A stretch of 64,000 nucleotides of DNA from Caecitellus pseudoparvulus (GCA_965644315.1 CBFFRQ010000094.1:186001-250000); one strand, 5' to 3'. Positions 34,201 to 44,193 are shown, numbered from the stretch's first letter. A program made the numbers and translations. Notes: generated by a model from the letters alone, not told the origin.

Positions 34201-34757
34201 TACTACGTTTCCTCCTGGCGCTGTGCAGCATCCTCGGCGGCTTCATGCTCCTGTTGCACTTTGTGGCGGCGCCGTACTCCATGTTCGTCGGCCGTGGGGC
34301 CGTGCAGTCAGTGCACGCGCTGCTGCTGCTGCCCACGACCAGCCACTTGCCTCGCTCGGGGAGGTCGCAGCGAGGTGCCGAGGCGATTGGCTCGGGTCGC
34401 AGCGCGGGTTCGTCCTCGGCACTGCTGGGCCGCGCCAGCACTGGCGGGGAAGAGGGCATTGTGCGGGAGCTGCAGCGCTTCGCTCGGCACGGGGAAGTGG
34501 TCATGCGCACAGTGCAGAAGGTGCTGCGGGTGCAAGCCAGTGGAGGCGGGTTAAAGGACGGCGGGCTGGCCTTCAGCAAGGCGGACGCGGAGGCCGGGGT
34601 GAGCTTGCGAGACCCTGGAGACCAGGCGCGGGGGAAGTGCTGTGGCTGCTGTGGGGCGGCCAGCGGCCAGGGTGTGGGGGGGGTGGACACCCCTGACGCT
34701 AACCACGACGGGTGGGATTCTCACCTCTCCAGCGACGACTCAGATGGCCATGTATAA
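28266..34757 (+). CDS. TmcB/TmcC-like multi-TM/TPR/PAS protein, paralog C (~2140 aa); probable 69-nt in-frame intron at 28616-28684
   Basis: Diverged homolog of A/B (LACFD, PSSNTKAH, WGYHRLQCA, LMRAYAAYLANTVND, identical PAS core). Predicted intron TG|GTGCGT...TTTCACAG|G is phase 2, at the homologous position. Confidence 0.75.
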   Translation: MSMPGSKRLRGPAALWQSIAAAQSLSKGVLGFVSLVHTLQIVALALVVLGVADPSDNRSANAFLDGLTMAAEVLTGSRLDEVFDSTGLVTHILGLVLSFAAVGFVGVVMSGLDVRTWCVKIRTKGCPTKPLHGAALSFHRAFRAHAPGGHDMGVVDGSTGQGLRWRLQSAARWVLQGYYLLASIPVASMLLRPLACFDDNRNGVRAAFSGGEPCFSQPLHLALALLGLLLLLPHCLLSSLGAVSLAIDGTADSPSSNTKAHGTSNWNFWLSYELLLVALVNLFADLRPELSWVPLGLVTASTTAWTIIFTVRMEHVLGPVNASVMALLAGIAWMCWAALIGMWVAPPRHAYANAYLLALLGLPLVLASGTYFAAAWRMYVLGQKCEQLTSEDDLALWGYHRLQCAVEVARSARAMRMELTAALRQSEVLELERGEAPRNDRGKGVERGGRPARRGRLASTSSDTNSSSAQPGQGRRGRRRTMAPGQPFRAAATSAAERDTDGSLSDVVERARGRHRRLSADSVHSFVHVMGEGDGAGHSEPDEASALLADEDDFVALTAGTTEEGAHRLVYQAARDLALADAAFARLEHLHPRSPTALLHCALYYSSPVVRHSATLALRYLSKVSQMSMDSATALLVAARQSDVLARLFTEDAPSRQANQLQAGPGRQEGAATALQEGVSIAAAGIAQELARVIGRASIQNEARLRMVRSAQLQAIHTSHDVWDHLLRPTVDFGVLHALVAKFEEARMQVEQHFQSLLADRPSDAGLMRAYAAYLANTVNDNESASALRDDAARFASQDSSKWAEYGEVLDLRRLASFGDSPATPSAASGTTQLVAKRMDPISFIPAFAGVRPVGMRRRMSIAEVQLGGALLRDIHSCMGQEVDISHVKHVLPMAAGTAVDDALLTRTLGLSASCDEISQDLLEELLNAGSSAQSHTFFVISAAEGDVGTILRADYAACQLLGKSKADLEGSHITSFLPAPYNALSHAQLEEWVHDCDAWLGRWFMGALLNAAGHLVPVRGSCFETPPQRSATGGNSLTLQPRLVLVLQPLFLSGLVGMAMVRGIRVEPRKDLLGATGPDGQPVQEEAIERLEMVHTDLALSRHLGLHRAGKYAGDLDDADVMSVARWLPTIAMPGSRTLQTSDSASVGSAGSGESDGVPGCSSDTCVLPTADVSAWEGVPLVRGAGQAPEAVELITMPAVSPSGSGHQSGFGGVYASVGEGATHISGESGLGMHGVDAGDVRQAYWFVVLANHGDHSSQASPPARAAGHKRSSSTVVGRTASSALPSSAVLAQLAAEGGGDGGGGEGAEASMRHRLALRGVVDRLKPRHLRSARDIISNLRRTLLSTVIGVSIIFPVLLIAFVPSVVQNFHAATDVSLEVQGLLDTHMLLHALGRGADAGYLPSNSSLYEDDFGNVAAGLDKRHMRVVEDAASRARRLVLVNGWSMRDELDSGTVGLLSAEQAQPEPTTWARVAEYMSATLRFLRSSGDPARFASHRQPLGPTAMFQRNLDPTLQQHITAGVHSFKDAIVADEASMALAMVILLFTCVAYVFVARCCLLGPKLYRSVQELVLVKNQPLHALMSVSPRRVAQFKARAVEHMDAFIRENQHMLSASDDAFAEHAVLLSGGDEDEGVLTAALPSSSLSPARRPRFGGGGHPSSSSHSQSSSFMQGSSALTRADSAVPSGEVTQRKVTDSSYFTLQSRLVGGGPSLLLAMGYIFIMVLGLGYIQRTSESLHINLATSHAAIAQAQYSAAVMDFLHVGDARAAAASPLAQRTAEQGGLNISAFVLSRAEAAARVQSAERVLRGGMDRIMYGGSTGIPPGNGNAFLALLGSVSDTLAPLVLDEAYSGLLLRSMCSGFPGHTDIPATAEFRDNTLVQLRKTYNANCSTAYAGILAQTGLAGAVHLFTRQGQQLLRAVNETDDVSTFAALTSGSGGAELHRSVKEFVALDHHFLRHGMWHLHQLHHVQRGEVNAALLRFLLALCSILGGFMLLLHFVAAPYSMFVGRGAVQSVHALLLLPTTSHLPRSGRSQRGAEAIGSGRSAGSSSALLGRASTGGEEGIVRELQRFARHGEVVMRTVQKVLRVQASGGGLKDGGLAFSKADAEAGVSLRDPGDQARGKCCGCCGAASGQGVGGVDTPDANHDGWDSHLSSDDSDGHV
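31100..31342 (+). repeat. PAS-domain cassette near-identical to B 23577-23819 and A ~17291-17533 (inverted)
   Basis: Nucleotide identity includes silent sites over 31100-31207 and 31234-31342, interrupted by a ~26-nt divergent patch. Confidence 0.92.
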
Positions 34758-34903
34758 AGCAATGTATGCTCGCAGCATCCGTGCCCGTGTCATGCGGCAG
34801 CCTTCCCATAGTTGCATGCGCCTTAGGCCATCCTTTTCAGTCTTGGTGGACCCTGAGCGCTGCCCCTTCTGCTGTGGTGCGCGTGCAATTTCCGCAGCCC
34901 GGC

Positions 34904-35971
34904 ATGGCAGCCGCCGACGCCCCCCATGTCGAGCAGCCCAGCTCGGGGCCACCTCACGCCTGTCAGTGGACAGTGGAAGTGTCCAGCCGCAGCGGCAAGC
35001 AGTACTTCTTTCACCTCGCCAGCAAGCGCTCCAGCTACGACGTGCCGTCCGAACTGGCGCAGCACCCAGGCGTGGTGGCCGCCCTGCGTGCCGCCAAGGC
35101 GAAGTGGGACCAACGGCAACGCCAGGCCCGACGCCCGCCGCCAGCTGCCCAGGCAGCACCGAAACAGGCCGCGGCGCCCGCGCCGGCGCCTGTGGCAGGG
35201 GGCGGACAGCACGTGACAGGGGCTGCCATCTTCGCAGCCGAGGCGGCTCGCGAGGAGGCTGAGCGGGCAGTGCGCTCCGCCATGCGACACGCCTGTGCGG
35301 AGCTGATGGAGGGCGTGTGCCAACGCATCAAGGAGGGGAAGGCTGGGCAGGGCAGCACGTTTCTGCATGCGGAGTGCATGTCCACGCTGGTGCGGGCCAA
35401 GGGGGGTGGCGCCGTGTTCCAGTGGCGAAACGCAGCAGGCGCCCCAACGCAGCAGCCACCGAGTCAAGACATGCAGGCATTCCTGCGTGGGGACTGGGTG
35501 CTGACGCAGCCCGCCCCACCCGCCAGCATCGAGCAGTGGCCCTTCAACGGCCACATGTGGCGGGGCCCCCCCGCCTCGGACCTGGTGCAGTTTTTCATTA
35601 CAGAGGTGGCGGACGACGAAGGGTTGATTGTGGAGGCGGCTGGGGAAGCCAACGACAAGCACGTCATCGTGTTTGCGGCGGGGCACCCCCCCCCTGAGCT
35701 GCTGGCACGGGACCGTGAGGAGGCGGAACACAAGGTGGCGGTGGAGGCGGACATGAAACGCAAGGCGGAACACGCCAGTCGCAAGCGAGCCCGAACAGCG
35801 GGGGTGGAGGACGGGGCGGCGTTCACGCCTGGCGCCCCCCTGCACAGCTCTGCCACGGCGCTGGGCAACACTGAGAAGGCGCTGAGCGCACTGCGGGCGC
35901 TGAAAGCCAAACGCACAGCGGCCCTGTCAGCGGCAGAGGCGGCATCGGAGGCGTCGGGGGGCCTGGCGTGA
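34904..35971 (+). CDS. WW-domain protein of unknown function
   Basis: WTVEVSSRSGKQYFFHLASKRSSYDVP (Pin1-type WW pattern); basic C-terminus. ATG at 34904 follows a CAATTTCCGC motif. Confidence 0.7.
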   Translation: MAAADAPHVEQPSSGPPHACQWTVEVSSRSGKQYFFHLASKRSSYDVPSELAQHPGVVAALRAAKAKWDQRQRQARRPPPAAQAAPKQAAAPAPAPVAGGGQHVTGAAIFAAEAAREEAERAVRSAMRHACAELMEGVCQRIKEGKAGQGSTFLHAECMSTLVRAKGGGAVFQWRNAAGAPTQQPPSQDMQAFLRGDWVLTQPAPPASIEQWPFNGHMWRGPPASDLVQFFITEVADDEGLIVEAAGEANDKHVIVFAAGHPPPELLARDREEAEHKVAVEADMKRKAEHASRKRARTAGVEDGAAFTPGAPLHSSATALGNTEKALSALRALKAKRTAALSAAEAASEASGGLA

Positions 35972-36107
35972 GGGGGGTGTCAAGGGAGGGGTGTGCTGCT
36001 CCATTCGCACTGCTCCGCAACGGATTGCATGCGGCAAAACGCGAGCCGAAACACAGGCTGCAGCACTGCAGGCGTGCTGGCGGGTGCAATGCACCTGTTG
36101 TGAGGCC

Positions 36108-38070
36108 ATGGACATGTCACACGGCGGCGGCGAGGGGGGGGACCCGCCCCCTATGGGGGAGGCCGCCCCCCCTCCCGAGCCAGTGCCCATCCTGCCGGGC
36201 ATGGACGCGCCAGGCGTCACGCAGCACGCGCTGTTCATGATCATCCTGGTGATGAGCATTCTGCTCTTTGCCTTTGGGTCTGGCATGTCCAGGTCCAAGT
36301 GGCACCCGTGGGCGGGCGGCGTGGCTGTCGCGTACGGCTTGGTGGCGCTCCTGTTTACGCCCAAGCACCAAGCAGCTGTTCACAACATGCCGACGTTCAC
36401 CACTGCCAGCCTGCACCGCACAGTGGGCAGCTTCATTATCATCCTCATTGCCATGCAAGGCCTGACTGGCTTCCTCGTGTACCTCAGCAAGGCCAAGGCC
36501 AACGCAGAGCAGGCAACAGGGTGGAGGGGCGTGCGGGATGAAACGCCACGAGAAACGCGGGAAAGTTCCGACGACATCGCCCGCGCATCTGCAGTGCAGC
36601 GCGCCCTGCGCGCCCTGACGACTGCCGTCTTCCCCTTCCGTCTGTGGATCATGGCGTTTCACGGCTGGTGTGGTCTGTGGCTGCCACTGTGCGTCGCGTG
36701 CGCGCCGCCGCTGCCAGCCGCTCAGCTGACCGCCCCCGCCGCTCCGCCGCAGGATGGGCTTTGCCCAAGTCTTCATCGCCATGGACATGATGTGGAGCAT
36801 GTGCACCCACCGTGGGTTTCCCCTGCAGTGCACAGCCCACATTGGCCTGTCTGCGCTGTCAACCATCCTCGGCTTCATCGCCATTGGCACTGCGCTCTAC
36901 CCACACGCTCGCATCATTGTGGTGGCCTGGCGCCACCGCTCAAGCACACCGTCACAGCCCCTGCCGCCCCAAGCCCACACCCTGCTGTCCACGGTTGACT
37001 CTGACAGTGACTCGGGGTCGGCCAGCCCCGACGTGGAGGAGGCGGTGCAGCGCGTGTCGCAGTCGACGACGGGTCGCGTGGGCGACCACACCGTTGCGAC
37101 GACACCCACCCCTGAGTGCGGCTCTGCCCTGCCCCATGGCGAGTGGCTGCGCGAAGTGTCCTCAAGCGGTGTCGACCCACTGCAAGTGTCCAGTGCCGAG
37201 CAGGATGTCATGTACAGCCTCGTGGAAGTGTTGCACCACCACTCCAACACCTTCCTGCCGCCCACCGGCACGCTGTACTTCAACGCCGTGTTCAGCGCGT
37301 GGGTGGCGCTGCCCATGGGGTTCATCGTGTGCATTGGCCACGCCATCAGTGCAGCACAGCAGGGGGACCCCCCCGACCACATGGAGGCGCAGCATGTCGG
37401 CTTGGGGCTGCTGGGCATGACGATGTTCGGTGCGGAACTTGTTCTCCGCTTCGGCCCCGCCTCCATCCGCTCCGCAGCCGGCGGGCGCCTGTGGTGGGCC
37501 CCCCGCATTCTCTTCTGGGTGGCACTGGGCTGGGCCATGGGCCTGCACCACCAGCACTCTGCCATCCAGGTGCTTTTCCACACTCACGCCGGCATTGCAG
37601 TCTGCTTCTCAGGCGCACTGCTGCTGGTTGAACTCGCACTCACTTCCCTCCTGCACCTGCCAGAAGTGGACACCGCAGTGCAAGCCGTCCGACAGGGCAG
37701 CTCAGACGCCCCTCGGGCCCTGCTTGCGACGTCCCCTGCCGCCCAACGCATGCTGGCACTGCTGCGCCTGCTGCGCCTGCTGCAAGGCGTGTGTGTCATG
37801 CTGGGCGGCATCATCTTCGTCGGCTCATCCCCCTCGACGCAAGCCATGGTGCCCATGATGGTGCCCAATGCCTGGGGCATCGGAACGTACTACATTTTCG
37901 CCGTCATCCTCGTCGGCTACTTCACAGTGGTCACAGCCGTCTGCCAGGCGGGCGCCGTGGCGCCCCAGTGGCGCACGCTGGAACCCCTCATCAAAGGCGT
38001 GCCCAAAGCCGCAGGGTGGACCGCCTGTGCCTCCTATGCCTGCTGCTGTGCCCGCCCAGGGCATGTATGA
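36108..38070 (+). CDS. YTP1/DUF2427-like His-rich multi-pass membrane protein (~630 aa); exons 36108-36688 and 36753-38070
   Basis: HALFMI...SRSKWHP, SLHRTVG, FHGWCG..MGFAQV, QCTAH, HHQHSAIQVLFH, IFVGSS resemble fungal Ytp1-type patterns as I recall them. 64-nt intron 36689-36752 (GTGCGT, CTGAC, CCGCAG) restores the frame. Confidence 0.65.
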
Positions 38071-38497
38071 CGCGGTGTCCCCCACCCGTCTGCGCTATGG
38101 CAACCTGCCTGTACCCTGCGTGTTGCAATCAATTTCCGCACACTGCAACCCCCCTCCACCTCACTGCCGCTGCATCTTGGCAGGCGACACGGGCCCTTGT
38201 GCCAGTCTCCCGCGCTTCATACCGCCAAGGCTTTGCCCTTCATCTGCGTGTGTGTCCAGGGCTGCTGCCATAGCTGGTGCAATGCTGGCGTGTGCAGCGG
38301 GCTGTGAAGAAACGGCACACGGCAGGCTTGTTGCGCGGTGCATGTGGGCCCCCGTGAGGTACTCGCCCCACGTAATACTGCGCAGGGGGGCCGCCCCGGC
38401 ATGCACTTGGCCTGTCGCCATGACGTCGTGGCCCTGCTCTCTCCACTGTGGGTGTTGGCGCTTTGGCGTGTTGGGTTGCTGGAGCTCGTGAATTGTC

Positions 38498-40413
38498 TCA
38501 CGGCGCCAACTGCTCCAGCAGCGCTTCGATGCTCAAACTGCCCTCCAGGTCCACCCCACTCCCTGGACTGCCGCCCTGCCCCCCTTGCACTCCGCTGCCC
38601 CCCTCTGCTGCTGCCCTCGGCTGCTCTGCCACTGCCGCTGCCGCTGCCGCTGGCGCTGCCGCTGGTGCTGGCGCTGGCTCACTTGGCTTGCCGGGCGAGG
38701 GCATGTCCACAAGCAGCGCATCTAGCGCAGCTGTGAACTCTGCAGCTGAAGCAGAGGAGTGCAGGTCTGTCAGGCGCTGCAGGTCGATGTCGGGGTCGGC
38801 GTGGGGGCGCGCCTTGCCAGACACAGCCACCCCCCCTGCCGCGGCGAGGGAGCCCCCCCCCCGGCCTCCCCGCGGCAGACTCGCCACTGTGGCGCTGCCT
38901 CGGAGGCCGGGGCTGGCGGCAGAGGCCATGCCTGCCGCGCCACGGGCTGCTGCTGGCGACCTGTGCACAGGCGATACTAACGGTTGTGGCTGCTGCAAGC
39001 CGGCGGTGGAGGCTGAGGCTGTGAGGGTGGCGGCGCCAGCGGCGGCTAGTGCGGGGTGGTGGCGGGTGGTGCTGCCGAGGGGGGTGGTGGCGGAGAGGGG
39101 AGAGGGTGGAGCAGAGCCCCCCCCTGCTCCACTGCCTGCGTGGGGCGGCGTCGGACTGGGCGTCGTCGGCAAGTCGCACATGCCGAGCGTGTCAGGAGGC
39201 AGGTCGGCAAACCACTCGTGTCCCAGCGCTGCAGCTGGAGTGGGGCGCTTGGCAGGATTGAAGGCAAGGAGGCTGGTCAGGAACTGCAAGCCAGTGGGGG
39301 AGATGCCTGGGCAGACAGTGGTCAGCTTGCCGTCCGAAAGCGCGCCCCCCGTGCTGGACGTGGTGGGCCATCGAAATCCGCACTTCTCCGCCTGGCGATA
39401 GCCCTCTGGCCACGCCGACTGGGACGGCGTGCCCAGCAGGTCGCACAGCAAGTACATCTGGTTCACTTCGCTGGTGCCAGGTGCCAGGGGCTGCCCCGCC
39501 AGCAGCTCGCCCATGATCATCCCAGCGCCGAACGTGTCGATGGGGGACGAGTACGACGTGAAACGCAGCAGAACCTCGGGCGCACGGTACCACCGCGTGG
39601 ACACGTACTCCGTATACGGCGGCCGGGCGCGCAGTTCCCTTGCCAGGCCAAAGTCTGCCAGCTTCACAGTGAAGTCGCCCGTGGTGGGGTGGCCAGTCGT
39701 GAGCAGATTCTCAGGCTTCAGGTCGCGGTGCATGAAGCCGTGCTTGTGCATGTGCGCCAGGCCGTAGAGGAGTTGGTACATGACCTGCTTCACCAACGCC
39801 TCGTCAAACTTCACGCTGCCTTCCGTCGCCATCTGTGCGCAGTGACGCGTGTGGGTGCAGGGCATGCTGCCAGCGACGGTCGGCGGCAGAAACGCCCACC
39901 CGAGCCAGCCGACACTGTGGCAGCCCGCACACCGCCGGGAGGCGCGCCCTCACCTTGAAGAGATTACTGGTGCACAGCTCGAAGACAAAGTGCACATACT
40001 CGCTCTCGTGGATCAGCTGGCGCAGGCGCACGATGTTCGGGTGCTTGGGAATGGCCCGCAAGCTCTTGACCTCACGGAGGGCCAGTGCGTCTTCGAAACG
40101 CGCAAACCTGGCGCAGAAGGGCGAAAAGGGGCGCAGTGTGCATACCACACTCTGTGCTCGCTCTGGAGCTCCTGGACAGTCCCGCCACGCCAGCCATCGG
40201 GCACCCAGGCGTTGCTGCCGCCTGCAGTGGCGTTACGGCGTGGCACCCCGCCAAGCCGACGCTGTCGACTGCGCCCCACACCGCGGCCGCGTGAACGCAC
40301 CGCTTCTTGATGCGCTTAATTGCCACTTTTTCTTGGGTCTTCTTGTCCACCGCCAAATACACCTCCCCAAAAGCTCCATCGCCCAGCGGCTTCACCACAT
40401 TGTACCGTTGCAT
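38498..40413 (-). CDS. MAK: MAK/ICK (RCK family) Ser/Thr kinase, 533 aa; exons 40413-40301, 40107-39954, 39832-38498
   Basis: LGDGAFGEV, VAIKRIKKR, LREVKSLR, HRDLKPEN, ADFGLARE, RPPYTEYVSTRWYRAPE. Introns 40108-40300 and 39833-39953 are canonical and keep the frame. Confidence 0.92.
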
Positions 40414-40941
40414 AATTCCGCACAGCACGCCTGCTACTGCCTCGCCTGCCGTGGACCTTGATAACGTCGTCTTTTCATTCCACACGGACGCCCCTAGGAT
40501 GCTTTGTGAAGATGCAGCGTCTCAGGGGGCATTTTATTTTGCGCGGCTGTCCCCCGGGACACTTCCTGGCTCCACCAGCGAGCGTGGCCTCTCTCTGGCT
40601 CAGAAATCCGCCTTGAACCGTGGCACTGTCCTTGGGACAGCACGCGCCAGCAAGAATCCCCCCGTGCATCCCAAACACTACATGACTCTGCCTGCGGATG
40701 ACCCCCTTGCTGCGCCTTGGCGTCCTGCTGTTGCCTGGACTCTCAACTGCACTGGCAACATCCGGCAAACTTCTGACGGTCACCCCTTCCCATGCAAGGC
40801 AGCCAAATCAACCTGTGACCCAGATAGCCTCGATGATCACAACACCATGATGTACACGCGCACACCCAGGTCGGCCTTCCTCGTGAATTCGGCCTCGCAC
40901 GCACACCCTGCCCCGGTAGCCACCCAAATCCAACGGCTCCA

Positions 40942-42114
40942 TCACCTCTTTTGGCCGGCCCGAAACACCACCATGGCTCGCCGCCCCTGCCGAAGGCTGG
41001 TTCCACACCACAGTATAGTCTTCAGAGTCGGTGCAATCTTTGCCTGGATCCGCTGCATCATGTGTGCTGGAAGGGCTCGCTTGCCTGTCAGCACCAACAG
41101 CTCACAGAGCACCTCTTCATGGCGGTTCAGGCAGGCAGCCATGAGGGCATAAAAGTTGTCAGCATGCACATCCACGGCTCGAGTGCCAGTGAGGCTCAGC
41201 AGCTCACGCACCACGTCACTGTGGCCACCCTCGCACGCCAGTCGGAAGGCGTACTCATCCATGGCATGCACGTCCACAGCGCGGGCGCCGGTCAACGCCA
41301 GCAGCTCGCGCACCACGTCAATGTGGCCTTCAGCACACGCTGCACGAAAGCCGTACTCTTCGCCAGCGTGCACGTTCACGAATCGGGGGCCACGCAGCGC
41401 CAGCAGCTCGCGCACAACAGCCAGCTGGCCGCATTCGCAAGCGAACTTGAAGCCAGCCTCCCTCGCGTGCACACCCATCGCTCGATCGCCTTTTAGTGCA
41501 AGGAGCACTCGCAAGAGCTCCATGTGCCCATACTGGCAAGCCTTCTTGAAGCCATCCTCATCACACGCGTGCACATTGATCTTGCGATGGCCTTTCAACG
41601 CCAGCAGTTCCCGCACGACGCCTAAGTGCCCCCCGCCACACGCTGCCCAGAAGCAGAAGTCGTTCTTTGCATGCACATCGATCTTGCGAGGCCCTTTTAG
41701 CGCCAACAGCTCGCGCACAACGCCCAAGTGGCCCCTCTGGCACGCTGCTCGGAAGCCGCACTCCTGGTCAACGTGCACGTCAACTGCCTGCCTCCCGCGC
41801 ACCGCCAGCAGCTCGCGCACTGCCTCCACCTGCCCTAACGCGCAGGCTACCTTGAACGCCTCGCTGGAATTGCGATCAAAGATGCTACCCTGACCAGCGC
41901 TTTGTCTCAGCAGCTCTCGCAAGGCGCCAACATCTCCACTTGCGCAAGCCCCGAGTGCTGCCATCAGATGCTGTTCAGGAGAGGGCTGCACCGCGCCGCG
42001 AAGGACCTTCGCAGGCAGTCCACCCAGCAGAGCCTGGAGATCAGCGACTTTCATCACCAGGGAAGTGCTCTGCATCACTCGGTCCGCATTGCCAGTGCTA
42101 CGTTGATCGGCCAT
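40942..42114 (-). CDS. Ankyrin-repeat family member ANK1 (type I N-terminus, ~9 repeats)
   Basis: Repeats of VDVHA..E.GFR.AC..GHL.VVRELLAL.G; conserved tail WCGTSLRQGRRAMVVFRAG. Confidence 0.85.
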   Translation of the reverse strand: MADQRSTGNADRVMQSTSLVMKVADLQALLGGLPAKVLRGAVQPSPEQHLMAALGACASGDVGALRELLRQSAGQGSIFDRNSSEAFKVACALGQVEAVRELLAVRGRQAVDVHVDQECGFRAACQRGHLGVVRELLALKGPRKIDVHAKNDFCFWAACGGGHLGVVRELLALKGHRKINVHACDEDGFKKACQYGHMELLRVLLALKGDRAMGVHAREAGFKFACECGQLAVVRELLALRGPRFVNVHAGEEYGFRAACAEGHIDVVRELLALTGARAVDVHAMDEYAFRLACEGGHSDVVRELLSLTGTRAVDVHADNFYALMAACLNRHEEVLCELLVLTGKRALPAHMMQRIQAKIAPTLKTILWCGTSLRQGRRAMVVFRAGQKR

Positions 42115-42119
42115 GAAGC

Positions 42120-42713
42120 TCTGTGCTCAGTTTCCGCTCCTCGCGTTGCGAGCTCACTACCTGCGCAGACGCTGCTCAACATGTGCGCTGGCAGGTGCAG
42201 GAAAGGCCAAAACAGCAACTTAGCACTTACAAATATGACTAAGCGCTGCTTTCACTTGGCGTAACTGGAAGGGTGTGCGGTGGTGGTGGATTGTGCGCCA
42301 CGCTGCACAGTGCGCTCAAACAGCGCACCTGCGCAGCACCACCACGCCGCGCCGGTGCCTGCAACGCCAGGGGCGCGAGGGGGGTCGCGGCCTTGGGCGC
42401 TGCGGTATGACGCAGTCAAGCACCGCGCCAGTGACACGGTGTAGTGGTGGACAACTCGAAGGAATGGCAGAAGTCAAGCTTGTGACCTGTCTCATTCATC
42501 ATTGGCTGGGATGGCCGAAGCAGAGGAAGCCCTCCAACTCCCAGCAGCTTCGAACCCCCCCCCGCTAAAGCTGCGCACACCACGCACCACAATCTCGCAG
42601 CTGGGCAGCATGCCCTCTACCATCCAACCAAGGCCCTGCAACTACAACGCCTCACATGCATTGGCCCTCCCTCAAGCACATTGCCATGTCGCCCGTCTCC
42701 ACACACCCCTCCA
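42120..42713. repeat. Conserved non-coding ANK spacer, copy 1 (homologous to 58438-59020; partial copies 59922-60255 and ~44125-44193)
   Basis: Shared blocks GCTCAGTTTCCGC..CGCGTTGCGAGCTCACT, AAAACAGCAACTTAG, GGATTGTGCGCCACGCTGCACA, ACAACTCGAAGGAATGGCAGAAGTCAAG, TCACATGCATTGGCCCTC. Confidence 0.9.
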
Positions 42714-43913
42714 TCAGCTGCCACGGCCCGCACGAAACACCACCATGGCTCGTCGCCCCTGCCGAGTGCTGGTGCCGCACCACACGGCACACTTGGCCGG
42801 CTGCACAGCCACTTGCCCAGCGGCAAGTCGAGCCTGGAGTGGGATAGCTCGATGTCCCGTGAGGCCCAGCAGCTCACGCACCACGTCGACGTGGCCATTC
42901 TGACAAGCCCACTTGAAACCACAATCACCCACAGCATGCACGTCAACCTTGTTTTCGCCTCCAAGGCTCAGTAGTTCCCGCACCATTTCCAAGCGCCCAT
43001 TGGAACATGCCTTGCGAAAACCGTGCTCAAACCCCGCGTGGATATCCACAGAACGGTCGCCAGACAGAGAAAGCAACTCACGCACTACGCCAACATGCCC
43101 ATTAGCACATGCCCAACGAAACCCAGCTTCTGGTATGTCCTCAGGCGCCGCATGCACATCGACTGCCCGGGCCCCCGTCAAACCAAGAAGCTCACGCACA
43201 ACAGCCAAGTGGCCATGGCAACAAGCGAGTTGAAAGCCGGCATCATTCTTCGCACTTACGTTCACCGCACGAATACCCCTCAGAGCCAAAAGCTCGCGCA
43301 CAACTTCCACATGGCCATTCGCACATGCCTCACGAAATGCAACAGCAACGTCTGCGTTCACATTCACTGCCCGATCACCCTTCAGTGCCAGCAGCTCACG
43401 CACAACACCACCGTGCCCATTCACAGAAGCTAAATGAAACGCACACGCATGTCCCCCATGCACGCCCACCTCACGACCACCCGTCAGTGCCAACAGCTCA
43501 CGCACCACGTCTAAGTGCCCATTCTCACAGGCCAATCGGAAAGCAGCATCTGGACCGTCGCAATCCCCCACGCTCACATTCACCTCGAGATCCCCCGTCA
43601 GCCCCAACAGCTCACGCACCACACCTAAGTGGCCACCTCTACACGCTAGTCGGAAGCCGATGCCTAATGTTCCCGTCATGTCCACATCCCCACCAGCCGC
43701 CACACCCAACAACCCCCGCAACAACTCAACATCCCCAACTCCACAGGCCACAACACCACCAGCACCGATGTCACACCCACTCAAGGACCCCATGCTCGAC
43801 TGGGCCTCGCCAGACGCCTCCCCCAGCAGCCCCAGCAGACGCCCGGCGTCCTTCTCGCCACACGCTGCCCGCCAACGACCCAACCAACTGCCAGGGTCGC
43901 TGTCAACAGCCAT
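42714..43913 (-). CDS. Ankyrin-repeat family member ANK2 (type II N-terminus, ~9 repeats)
   Basis: MAVDSDPGSWLGRWRAACG start; same repeat framework and tail. Confidence 0.85.
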   Translation of the reverse strand: MAVDSDPGSWLGRWRAACGEKDAGRLLGLLGEASGEAQSSMGSLSGCDIGAGGVVACGVGDVELLRGLLGVAAGGDVDMTGTLGIGFRLACRGGHLGVVRELLGLTGDLEVNVSVGDCDGPDAAFRLACENGHLDVVRELLALTGGREVGVHGGHACAFHLASVNGHGGVVRELLALKGDRAVNVNADVAVAFREACANGHVEVVRELLALRGIRAVNVSAKNDAGFQLACCHGHLAVVRELLGLTGARAVDVHAAPEDIPEAGFRWACANGHVGVVRELLSLSGDRSVDIHAGFEHGFRKACSNGRLEMVRELLSLGGENKVDVHAVGDCGFKWACQNGHVDVVRELLGLTGHRAIPLQARLAAGQVAVQPAKCAVWCGTSTRQGRRAMVVFRAGRGS

Positions 43914-44193
43914 GGCGTGGTGGCACCAGATTCCGCACTCAACACGCCCAACTCAAGCCCTCACACGGCCCCGCACGCTGCACCTCACGCCAATGCAACA
44001 CTCGCATGTGCGCCAATCGTCTCAGCCAGCACTCAGCACATCCTGCCGTGTTTGATTTGCTGAGCACTGCCCAAGCACACACCCCTCGCGATAGACCAGC
44101 CACCCCATCCACACACCCCAGCTCGCCTGCTTCACATGCATTGGCCCTCCCTCAAGCACACTGCCAAGGCATACACCGTCACACACCCCTCCA

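Noticed and set aside
42252-42437. Conserved 61-aa ORF in the ANK upstream element (also 58568-58753)
   Set aside because: GTG start, and the third copy is frameshifted (CAAAAC). Conservation is explained by the DNA repeat.
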